A stretch of DNA of 64,000 nucleotides from Candidatus Bathyarchaeota archaeon (GTDB lineage Archaea > Thermoproteota > Bathyarchaeia > Hecatellales > Hecatellaceae). A program made the position numbers and the translations under genes. The stretch is taken from positions 1 through 64,000 of the forward strand of contig JBQPWD010000007.1 of NCBI GenBank assembly GCA_052246995.1. Direction: 5' to 3'. Positions within the stretch are counted from its first letter, which is position 1; every line of letters begins with the position of its first letter. Of the stretch, positions 10,270 through 19,049 are shown in pieces. The notes beneath the pieces were generated by a model that worked only from the letters and a program-made list of their open reading frames with translations, had not been told where the DNA came from and ran no database searches.

Positions 10270-10412
10270 TACAAAAAAACCCTTGTTGTTTATTAAAAAA
10301 ATGAAGGTTCTTTATTAGATTAAAACATTTTAGGTCTAAAGAATGTCTAGAGTTTAGCTCTTCAATAACCCTTATATAACCTTTTAGAAAAGGGTATTCG
10401 TGGTGGTTTACA

Positions 10413-12080
10413 CTGGTTAGATGGGTTATCTGCTCAGCTTGGCCTTACATCAACTACATTCCCCACCTTGGAACGATCATAGGTTCTGCTTTATCAGCTG
10501 ATGTTGTTGCACGATTTTTAAGGCTTAGGGGGGAGGAAGTTGTTTTTGTCAGCGGTTCTGATGAGCACGGAACACCTATAGAGCTTGAAGCTATAAGAAG
10601 AGGCGTTAATCCAAAACAGCTTACAGACGAGAATCATAAACTTATTAAGAAACTTTTTCTAGAAGAATGGCAGTTGTCGTTTGACAACTACACCAGAACT
10701 GAAAGCCCTATTCATAAAGAATTTGTTCAAAAGTTTTTCTTGAAAGTTTACAAAAACGGGTACATTTTTGATAAAGAAGAAGAGTTTCCTTACTGTCCAA
10801 GATGTCAACGGTTCCTACCGGATAGATTTATACAAGGGTTATGTCCAAGATGCCAATACGAGTACGCTAAGGGAGATCAATGTGAAAATTGTGGATGGCC
10901 TTTAGAACCATATAGACTAATCAACCCAGTATGCGCAGTTTGCGGTGAAAAACCTGTTTTGAAAAAAACAAGACATTGGTATTTTAATCTTTCAGAGTTT
11001 TCTGAGAAAATTAAAAGTTATATCGAGAATAATGATAGATTACCTGCTAACGCAAAAAATTTTTCTTTAAACTTTATTAAAGAAGGTTTAAAACCTAGAC
11101 CACTAACTCGTGACAATAAATGGGGAATACCTGCCCCGTTTCCAGAAGCCGAAAATAAAACAATTTATGTTTGGATGGAGGCTGTTTTAGGGTATATATC
11201 AGCAACCATAGAATACTTTAGTAATTTAGGAAAGAACGAAGCTTGGAAAGATTTCTGGCTTAACCCTCAAGCAAGATCAGTTTACTTTATAGGTAAGGAT
11301 AATATTCCATTTCATACAATAATTCTACCAGCACTACTTTTAGCTTCAGAAGAAGGATACAACCTACCATGGACTGTTGAATCAACAGAATTTTTGTTGT
11401 TTAAAGGTCAAAAGTTTTCTAAAAGTCGAAGAGTTGGTGTTTGGATTGATGAAGCTACTAAAGTTTGCCCTACGGATTATTGGCGGTACAGCTTGGTAGC
11501 CATAAGGCCTGAAGTTAGGGATACAAATTTTACGTGGGATGTTTTCTTAGAAAAAGTTAATTCCGAGCTTAATGATACGCTTGGAAACTTGATTCATAGA
11601 GTTTTAACCTTTATCTTTAGATATTTTAATGGTTTTACACCTGAACCCGCTGAGTTTGATGATGATGATCTTAAAGTTTTAAACATGATTGAAAAAACCT
11701 ATATGGATGTAGAAAAACTTATGGAAAATTTCAGGTTACAAGCGACTGTATTATCAATTATGGGACTTGCACGTTTAGCTAATAAGTACATTAACGATAA
11801 GGAGCCGTGGAAGACAATTAAAACCGATGTTAAAAAGGCAGCTACAACTGGCTATGTTTCAATTCAGGTTGTTAAAGCTTTAACAATTCTGCTTTACCCT
11901 ATCATGCCTCAAACATGTGTAAAAATTTTAAGCATGCTAAACCTTAAAACTGAAGATTTAAGTTGGAGGAAGATTTTTGAAAGAATTCCAGCTAACCATA
12001 GAATAGGTAAACCTAAACCTGTCTTTAAAAAGTTAGCAGTAGAGATTATAGAAAAAGAATTAGGGTTAACTCAATGTTAA
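10413..12080 (+). CDS. metG: Methionyl-tRNA synthetase (short form, no C-terminal Trbp domain); inferred CTG start
   Basis: Frame upstream of the track ORF encodes SAWPYINYIPHLGT and SGSDEHGTPI; zinc knuckles; KFSKS. Confidence 0.93.
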   Translation: MVRWVICSAWPYINYIPHLGTIIGSALSADVVARFLRLRGEEVVFVSGSDEHGTPIELEAIRRGVNPKQLTDENHKLIKKLFLEEWQLSFDNYTRTESPIHKEFVQKFFLKVYKNGYIFDKEEEFPYCPRCQRFLPDRFIQGLCPRCQYEYAKGDQCENCGWPLEPYRLINPVCAVCGEKPVLKKTRHWYFNLSEFSEKIKSYIENNDRLPANAKNFSLNFIKEGLKPRPLTRDNKWGIPAPFPEAENKTIYVWMEAVLGYISATIEYFSNLGKNEAWKDFWLNPQARSVYFIGKDNIPFHTIILPALLLASEEGYNLPWTVESTEFLLFKGQKFSKSRRVGVWIDEATKVCPTDYWRYSLVAIRPEVRDTNFTWDVFLEKVNSELNDTLGNLIHRVLTFIFRYFNGFTPEPAEFDDDDLKVLNMIEKTYMDVEKLMENFRLQATVLSIMGLARLANKYINDKEPWKTIKTDVKKAATTGYVSIQVVKALTILLYPIMPQTCVKILSMLNLKTEDLSWRKIFERIPANHRIGKPKPVFKKLAVEIIEKELGLTQC

Positions 12081-12982
12081 AAATAAAAATTGACACACAT
12101 ATACATACAATCTTTTCAGGAGATAGCCTAATAACGGTCAAGGATGCCCTATACATTTCAAAAATAAAGGGCTTAGACTGTATATGCGTAACAGACCATG
12201 ACATAGTAAAAGTAACAGAGAAGTTTAATCGAGAAAGCTCAAAAAACGATGTTATCATAATACCTGGAATTGAAGTAACAACAGAAGAAGGTCACCTTGT
12301 AGGCTTAGGGGTAACTCGTCCAGTAAAAACAAAACTTTCAGCAGCTGAAACAGCTGAAAAGATACGTGAAGCTGGAGGTTTGGTTGTCATCCCTCACCCG
12401 GAAAATCCTTTTAAACATAGTTTAAAGCTGAATAAAGACATATTATCAGAAGTCAAACCTAATGCTATTGAAGCTTTAACTATCGTGCAAACCTTGCTTA
12501 AACCCAACCTTAATAAGCTTATCAAAACATTCAATATACCGCTAATTGCTGGAAGTGATTCACATATCCCCCACACAGTAGGAAGCATCTACACAATTGT
12601 TGAGGTTGAAGAGAAAAATGTAGAAGGCGTACTTAATGCAATAAAGCAGGGGAAAACATTTCCCATCGTAAACTTAAATCCTTTATTAAACCTTCAATTT
12701 TTTGTAAAGTTATGGTTTAAATTTTTGAATAAAGTAGCAAATATAAAGGTTATAGGCGACAATATAGGAAAGTTTCAATCTATCTCCATCTGCTCTAGGT
12801 CTATTTCTAGAGTTAGTTTACCTTCAACTTTAGCAATCGCTTCCTCCATATCTTCTAAATCTATCAACTTTAACCACTCCCCAAAAATTTTATCTAAACT
12901 TTGGTTTTTTTCTTCCAGCTTTCCAGGAACCAAAACTTGGAATACTTTCATCAACCTCTCTCCCTCCCAGCCGTTAAGATAA
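12074..12982 (+). CDS. PHP-domain phosphoesterase; atypical C-terminal extension after ~12670
   Basis: DTHIHT, TDHD, GIEVTT, PHP, AGSDSH motifs. Confidence 0.85.
   Translation: MLKIKIDTHIHTIFSGDSLITVKDALYISKIKGLDCICVTDHDIVKVTEKFNRESSKNDVIIIPGIEVTTEEGHLVGLGVTRPVKTKLSAAETAEKIREAGGLVVIPHPENPFKHSLKLNKDILSEVKPNAIEALTIVQTLLKPNLNKLIKTFNIPLIAGSDSHIPHTVGSIYTIVEVEEKNVEGVLNAIKQGKTFPIVNLNPLLNLQFFVKLWFKFLNKVANIKVIGDNIGKFQSISICSRSISRVSLPSTLAIASSISSKSINFNHSPKILSKLWFFSSSFPGTKTWNTFINLSPSQPLR
12775..12951 (-). CDS. Small acidic hypothetical protein, 58 aa (MKVFQVLVPGKLEEKNQSLDKIFGEWLKLIDLEDMEEAIAKVEGKLTLEIDLEQMEID)
   Basis: ATG preceded by GGGAGGGAGAGAGGTTG; natural amphipathic composition; own TATA and operator upstream; below ORF-track cutoff. 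Confidence 0.6.
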   Translation of the reverse strand: MKVFQVLVPGKLEEKNQSLDKIFGEWLKLIDLEDMEEAIAKVEGKLTLEIDLEQMEID

Positions 12983-13006
12983 TCTTGATAATTAAACTAT
13001 TATGTT

Positions 13007-13041
13007 AATCGTATTTAAAATTAAATACGATTTAAATACGA
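13007..13041. promoter_or_regulatory. Perfect 12-bp inverted repeat AATCGTATTTAA-AA-TTAAATACGATT plus a third half-site
   Basis: Arms 13007-13018 and 13021-13032; TTAAATACGA repeated at 13032-13041. Confidence 0.65.
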
Positions 13042-13106
13042 ATGTAAAATTAGTATAAAAATCTTAGCAAAAAACCGCTAAAATGATAAACAAAATTTTG
13101 TTTAAA

Positions 13107-14471
13107 TTAGTTTAAACCTAAACCAACTTGTTCAGAGTACATGTTAATTGATTGTTGGGTATTTAGCTTAACCTCCCTGCCTAAAACTTCAGCTTCAAGA
13201 TGGTTGATGAACGCTTTTTTAACTAAAACTTTTAGATACTTACCCATAAGGTCACCTGCACAGGATAATTTAATGACGATGGGCTTATACGAAATATTTC
13301 TTCCGATCCATGAGTAATTTAAACCTTTTTCATCAATAAGCACGTATCCAACCCATCCAACCCATTTAAGGTTATTTTTTAACGAAATTTCTGTTACAAG
13401 CTTGGTTAAAGTTTTAGACCTTCTCTTAACTTCCTGTGTTGGAATCGTTTTTATTTTTTCAGCTATGGTTTTTGGTCGAGGATAAAACTTTGAGATGTTA
13501 ACAATATCAGGCTTTACTTCCTTAATAAGCTTTAACGTGTTTTCAAAGGCCTCTACAGTTTCTGTTGGGAAACCACATATAACATCAGTTGCAAAGGTTA
13601 AGTTTTCTATTTCACCTCTCATACTATAAACTATCTTACTGTAATCTTCAACAGTGTAAAACCTATTCATATCCTTTAAAACTTTGTTATCACCGCTTTG
13701 AAGGGGTAGGTGTAAAAACTTAAAAATTCTTTTATCTTTGTAAAACCTTATAAGCTCACCCAGTATCTCAATAACGTTATTAGGATTCATCATTCCAAGT
13801 CTAACAAAAAATTTTTCGTTAAGGTTTAACAGTTTTTCAAGCAGGTCTACTAAACTTACACCTATATCCTTACCATAAGCAGCAAGGTCTTGAGATGTAA
13901 ACCAAAACTCCTTTACACCTTCCTTAAGATAGTTTTTAACCCCCTCTAAAATTTCCTCAACATAATAGCTTCTAAGTTTTCCACGTGCAAAACGTACACA
14001 ACAATATGTACATGAACCTAAACAACCATATGAAATGGGAATAATTCTTATTATAGGTGTAACGGGAATTCTTGGTAGAAGAGGATTAGGTTTTAAGTCA
14101 TTTCTTAAAATGATGGGTTTTTCTCCATTTTCAACCATTCTAACAACATCAACAATAAGCTCACCTGGCGAGGGACCAACAACACCATCAAATTTTACCT
14201 CTTTTCTAAGCCTTTCAAAATTTATTAGTGGAAGGCAGCCTGCAACAATAAGCTTTTTATTTTCAGGATTTGTCTTTAAAATACCTATTATCCTGTTTTC
14301 TGTTGGAGATTTGACCGCACATGTATTGTAAACTACAATATCAGCGTCATTCACATCAGGAACAATCTTGTAACCTGCTTTAGCTAAACATCCAGCCATA
14401 ACTTCTCCATCAGCTGTGTTGGTTGCACAACCAAAGCTTTTAATAAAAATTTTTTTAAGCAATTTTATCAC
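13107..14471 (-). CDS. mtaB: tRNA t6A37 methylthiotransferase (archaeal MtaB/CDKAL1 type)
   Basis: SFGCATN, YNTCAVK, CLGSCTYC radical SAM motif, TRAM domain. Confidence 0.9.
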   Translation of the reverse strand: MIKLLKKIFIKSFGCATNTADGEVMAGCLAKAGYKIVPDVNDADIVVYNTCAVKSPTENRIIGILKTNPENKKLIVAGCLPLINFERLRKEVKFDGVVGPSPGELIVDVVRMVENGEKPIILRNDLKPNPLLPRIPVTPIIRIIPISYGCLGSCTYCCVRFARGKLRSYYVEEILEGVKNYLKEGVKEFWFTSQDLAAYGKDIGVSLVDLLEKLLNLNEKFFVRLGMMNPNNVIEILGELIRFYKDKRIFKFLHLPLQSGDNKVLKDMNRFYTVEDYSKIVYSMRGEIENLTFATDVICGFPTETVEAFENTLKLIKEVKPDIVNISKFYPRPKTIAEKIKTIPTQEVKRRSKTLTKLVTEISLKNNLKWVGWVGYVLIDEKGLNYSWIGRNISYKPIVIKLSCAGDLMGKYLKVLVKKAFINHLEAEVLGREVKLNTQQSINMYSEQVGLGLN

Positions 14472-16259
14472 TTAAATGCCGAACCCAAAATATGGTATTT
14501 TTTTCCTTTTAACCTCAATAAATTCCTTTATGCAGTCCATATCTTCCTCTTTAAGCTCATCCTTAAACTCCCTAATTAAGGTTTTAAGATGTTCTTCAGG
14601 TATATCAACATATAAGATGTCGTTTTCCCTAATTTGTCTACCTATAGTTGGCTCTTTCATGGATACCGCAACCTTCATACCTTTTACCGCTTCGTGTATG
14701 TTTTCCCCCCTTTCCTGAATTTGAACTATTCTTCCCACACTATTACCATCAAACCTTAACATAGGGTATTGAGGTTGAATTCTCCCCGCCAAAACTTCAA
14801 CACCAAAAATTGCAGGATTGCTTCTTCTAAAAACAAACCCTTGAAGAACCTTAACCTTTCCAGGCTTAATTAAAGATTCAAATGTTCTTTTTACCTTCTC
14901 CTCCTCAAGTTTTTTAGCCCAGTCTACATATTCCTCCAGAAGCCTGTAGATTATATTGTTCCGGAAAACCTTTACACCAGTTTTTAACACCTCTTCTTCG
15001 GCGTCTGACAAAATTTTAACATTAAAGGCTAAAATAACACCGAACTTTAAATTTTCATCCTTAACTATTGACGCCTCAACAACATCTCTTTTTGAAACGT
15101 CTCCAACATCAGCTATACGGATAGGTATGTCGTTCTTTTTAAGCTCTTCAACTAAAGCCTCTAATGAACCTAAGGTATCTGCTTTTACTATAACACCTTC
15201 CTTATCAGTTAAAATTCTGATACTTTCAACTTCACTTTTAACCCTTTCCAAAACTTCTTCAAGTTCATCCTTAGATGAAACACCATAAATAGGGGCTCCT
15301 GCAATAGCTTCCTCAAGTCCTGAGGCAACAATTTTAACACCAACAGCAGCAGAAACCTCCATAACTTCTGTAAACTTTTCTCTTGGATCCCTAATTTCAT
15401 CTAAAGGTTTAGGTATAAGAATTGCCTTGACCTTTGTAGTTATAGGATCCTTTTTCCCGCCTAAAACTATCAAGTCATTCTTACGTAAAATGCCATCATA
15501 AATTATCGCATTAACATTTACACCTAAACCAATATCTTCACAAACCTCAAGAACAGTACCTTTGGCTGCACCACTAGTTACCATAAGCCTTTTCTTCATG
15601 TATTGTTGAGTTAAACCTGTTAAAACAGCAAGTAGGTCAGGTAAACCTTCACCGGTTTTTGCACTAACAGGAACAATAGCAACATTTCTTGTGAAATCTT
15701 TTATTCTATCATATCTTTCACAATTAAACTTGTACTCGGCCAGAGACCCAGCAATAGAGTAAATCTTTTCATCAAGAAGACGTACCGCTGAAGGGTCAGC
15801 TAACCTAACAGATTCAAGAAAAGACTTTCCAGGTTGAGACTTCCAACCCTTAATAAGGTCAATTTTATTCGCCGCAACAACAAACGGAGTTTTACGTGTC
15901 CTAAGAATTTCAATAGATTCCACTGTTTGGGGTTTAACTCCATCTATAACATCTACAACAAGGATTGCTATATCAGCTACAGAACCCCCACGCCTACGAA
16001 GATTTGAAAATGCTTCATGTCCGGGGGTATCTACAAACAAGAGCCCAGGAATTTCAATTTTAAACTTAAACATTTTTAAAAGGTTTCCACAAAGTTTCTC
16101 AATAACGAACGATGGAACAAAACTTGCACCGATATGCTGAGAAATTGCTCCAGGTTCTCTTGCAGCAACAGCTGTACCTCTAATTCTATCCAAAAGAGTT
16201 GTTTTACCATGGTCAACATGTCCAAGCACTACAACTATTGGCTGACGTAAAGTTGACAA
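14472..16259 (-). CDS. infB: Translation initiation factor aIF5B (IF-2)
   Basis: GHVDHGKTT, DTPGHEAF, NKID, KADTLGSLEAL; no intein. Confidence 0.97.
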   Translation of the reverse strand: MSTLRQPIVVVLGHVDHGKTTLLDRIRGTAVAAREPGAISQHIGASFVPSFVIEKLCGNLLKMFKFKIEIPGLLFVDTPGHEAFSNLRRRGGSVADIAILVVDVIDGVKPQTVESIEILRTRKTPFVVAANKIDLIKGWKSQPGKSFLESVRLADPSAVRLLDEKIYSIAGSLAEYKFNCERYDRIKDFTRNVAIVPVSAKTGEGLPDLLAVLTGLTQQYMKKRLMVTSGAAKGTVLEVCEDIGLGVNVNAIIYDGILRKNDLIVLGGKKDPITTKVKAILIPKPLDEIRDPREKFTEVMEVSAAVGVKIVASGLEEAIAGAPIYGVSSKDELEEVLERVKSEVESIRILTDKEGVIVKADTLGSLEALVEELKKNDIPIRIADVGDVSKRDVVEASIVKDENLKFGVILAFNVKILSDAEEEVLKTGVKVFRNNIIYRLLEEYVDWAKKLEEEKVKRTFESLIKPGKVKVLQGFVFRRSNPAIFGVEVLAGRIQPQYPMLRFDGNSVGRIVQIQERGENIHEAVKGMKVAVSMKEPTIGRQIRENDILYVDIPEEHLKTLIREFKDELKEEDMDCIKEFIEVKRKKIPYFGFGI

Positions 16260-16427
16260 AGTTAACCACCGTACCCTAATTATTTAGCATAGCCTATCCC
16301 TTTAACATTATTTTTAGGTGAGAAATCTTATGTTCTTGGTAGCATGTAAAGTTACCGAAGGCTCTTAGAGACTAAAACTTTTATGGGTGAGCAAATTAAT
16401 AAAACCCTAGAAGAGAGGTGCAAAAAC

Positions 16428-18572
16428 ATGGAGTTGATGATACCGTTAACAGCTGCAATATTAGCTCTTATTGTTGCTGTAGTTTTTGCATTATGGGTAC
16501 TTAAACAAAACCCAGGAAATCAAACTATGCGCGAAATTTCCGAGGCAGTACACACGGGTGGTTCAGCCTTTCTTAAACGTGAATTCGCGTACATTTTACC
16601 TATTGCAGTTGTACTAGCAATTATAATATATTTGGCATTACCTCTTGCTGGGGAAACAACAGGTTTAGCCGGAAAAATCCCAGGTTTTTCGTGGAGTGAA
16701 AGTTGGAAAGTTGCCGCTGACTTTCTTATAGGCGCAGGCTTATCAGCCTTAGCAGGCTATTTAGGAATGGCTGTAACTACACGGTCGGCAAGCCGTGCTG
16801 CTGAAGCTGCAAGAAGAGGTATGGGGCCATGTTTAACAGTGGCCTTTAGAGCCGGAGCCGTGATGGGAATGTGTGTTGCAGGCTTAGCACTTCTAGGCGT
16901 TACAGGGTTATATATAGCTTTTGGAGCCCACCCAGACGTTGTACCATTAATTGTTGGTTTAGGTTTTGGAGCCAGTCTTATCTCAATGTTTATCAGGGTT
17001 GGTGGCGGAATTTATACTAAAGCAGCAGACCTTGGAGCCGACGTTGTTGGAAAAGTTGAAGCAGGAATTCCTGAAGATGATCCACGTAATCCTGCTGTAA
17101 TAGCAGATAATGTAGGAGATAACGTTGGCGACTGTGCAGGAATGGGGTCTGATGTTTTTGAGTCGTACATTGTTATAGCCGTAGCAGCTATGCTTCTAGG
17201 ATACTTTACTTTTCACGGCTCCTACCTATGGAGTAAAGCTGTAACATTTCCGCTACTTCTTTGTGCAGCGGGAATATTTGGGTCTATTGTTGGAGTTTTA
17301 TGTGTGCATAGCGGTTGGAAAGGAGAACCTATGCGCGCACTAAACTTAGCCTTTTACGTTACGGTAATTGTTGCAGCTATTTTAACCTATACTTTTGCGG
17401 GATTGTTGTTTGGCTTTGGAACGCCATTAACCAATGCACTTTTAGCATGTAGCATTTTAGGATTTGTTGTTGTTGTTCTTCTTGAAAAAATTGCTGACTA
17501 TTACACATCATACAAGTATCCACCTGTACGCTCGATTTCAGAAGCCTCACAAACTGGAGCTCCGACTAACTTTTTAACAGGTTTGTCAGTTGGTTTAAAA
17601 AGTACGTTTCCAAGCATGATTGTGCTGGTAGCAGCAATTCTCATATCCTTCACTTTAGGATATGTTTCAGCTCCAGCAAACATTGATAAAATAATGAGTG
17701 GAATCTATGCTACAGCTATAACAACAGCAGCTATGCTTTCACTATCAGGAATAATAATGTCAATAGATTCTTTTGGACCTGTATCAGACAACGCAAATGG
17801 TATTGTTGAAATGGCTAGTCTTGGAGAAGTACGTGAAGTTACTGATGTTTTAGATGCTATAGGAAACACAACTAAAGCAACAACAAAAGGTTTTGCTATT
17901 GGAAGTGCTGCTCTCTCAGCTTTAGCTTTATTCCAAGCTTTTAGAGTTGATGCAGTAAAGGGTCTTGGATTTTTGGGGAAAACAATACCGGAATTTTCTT
18001 TAATAGACCCGCTTGTAATCGTAGGATTGCTAATTGGAGGATTGCTTCCATTTTTCTTCAGCTCATTCCTTCTCTTAGCTGTTGGGAAAACTGGAATGAG
18101 AATAGTCAATGAAGTTAGAAGACAGTTTAAGGAAATTAAAGGTATAATGGAAGGGACGGCAAAACCTGACTATGCAAGATGTGTAGACATTGCTACCAGA
18201 GGAGCTTTAAAAGAGTTAGCGGTGCCTGCAGCCCTAGCAATATTAACCCCAGTAGTTTTGGGAGTACTTTTTGGAGTGAGAGCTGTAGGTGGGTTACTCA
18301 TCGGGTCAATTGTTTCAGGAGTGTTTTTAGCATTTTGGATGGCTAATGGTGGAGGGGCATTGGACAACGCCAAAAAATACATTGAGTTAGGGCATTTTGG
18401 TGGAAAGAAATCTGAGGCCCATAAGGTAGCGGTTATGGGGGATACTGTAGGAGATCCTTTAAAAGATACCGCAGGACCTGCAATAAACCCGCTAATTAAG
18501 GTTCTACAGACAATTTCAATAATTTTCCTGCCAATCTTCTTGGCAACAGGGTTTATATCATTAATTCTTTAA
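16428..18572 (+). CDS. hppA: Membrane H+-translocating pyrophosphatase, predicted K+-independent
   Basis: DVVGKVEAGIPEDDPRNP, GNTTKA; start placed at the ATG after GAGGTG. Confidence 0.93.
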   Translation: MELMIPLTAAILALIVAVVFALWVLKQNPGNQTMREISEAVHTGGSAFLKREFAYILPIAVVLAIIIYLALPLAGETTGLAGKIPGFSWSESWKVAADFLIGAGLSALAGYLGMAVTTRSASRAAEAARRGMGPCLTVAFRAGAVMGMCVAGLALLGVTGLYIAFGAHPDVVPLIVGLGFGASLISMFIRVGGGIYTKAADLGADVVGKVEAGIPEDDPRNPAVIADNVGDNVGDCAGMGSDVFESYIVIAVAAMLLGYFTFHGSYLWSKAVTFPLLLCAAGIFGSIVGVLCVHSGWKGEPMRALNLAFYVTVIVAAILTYTFAGLLFGFGTPLTNALLACSILGFVVVVLLEKIADYYTSYKYPPVRSISEASQTGAPTNFLTGLSVGLKSTFPSMIVLVAAILISFTLGYVSAPANIDKIMSGIYATAITTAAMLSLSGIIMSIDSFGPVSDNANGIVEMASLGEVREVTDVLDAIGNTTKATTKGFAIGSAALSALALFQAFRVDAVKGLGFLGKTIPEFSLIDPLVIVGLLIGGLLPFFFSSFLLLAVGKTGMRIVNEVRRQFKEIKGIMEGTAKPDYARCVDIATRGALKELAVPAALAILTPVVLGVLFGVRAVGGLLIGSIVSGVFLAFWMANGGGALDNAKKYIELGHFGGKKSEAHKVAVMGDTVGDPLKDTAGPAINPLIKVLQTISIIFLPIFLATGFISLIL

Positions 18573-18597
18573 ACAAAACACAAAACAAATTTTTTTG

Positions 18598-19017
18598 TTA
18601 ATAGCTTAAGATTTCATTCTCATTAAAGAATATTTTTGATTCTCTGATAAAATTCTCAGGACTATCTGCCGCATGAATAATGTTCATGGTTATAGATATA
18701 CCTAAGTCTCCACGAATTGTTCCAGGTTTAGCTTCCTTTGGATTTGTTGCACCAATAAGCATCCTCATCCGTTTAACAGCATCCTCACCTACAACAATCA
18801 TAGGAATAATCGGCCCTGAAGTTATATGGTTTATAAGCTCGTTGTAAAAGCTTTTACCTTTATGTGGTTCGTAAAGCTTCTCAGCTTGGCTTAAATTTGC
18901 CTTAACAAATTTCATAGCTAGGATTTTAAAGCCAGCCTTCTCAATTCTGCTTATAACCTCCCCAACAAGCTTATTCCTAATAGTTTCAGGTTTAAGAATT
19001 ACAAAAGTTTTCTCTAT
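18598..19017 (-). CDS. ndk: Nucleoside diphosphate kinase; inferred ATA start
   Basis: Upstream frame gives EKTFVILKPE; PGTIRGD and NIIHAADS motifs; GGAGGTGA SD. Confidence 0.92.
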   Translation of the reverse strand: MEKTFVILKPETIRNKLVGEVISRIEKAGFKILAMKFVKANLSQAEKLYEPHKGKSFYNELINHITSGPIIPMIVVGEDAVKRMRMLIGATNPKEAKPGTIRGDLGISITMNIIHAADSPENFIRESKIFFNENEILSY

Positions 19018-19049
19018 TAGGCTTCACCTCCAAAAACAGGCTTAAACTA

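Noticed and set aside
17501-18382. Short ORFs antisense to hppA (and similar ones inside infB, dnaG, pncB, aIF2gamma, hisS)
   Set aside because: Fully overlap well-supported genes, Ser/Thr/Pro-rich antisense composition, no SD or motifs.
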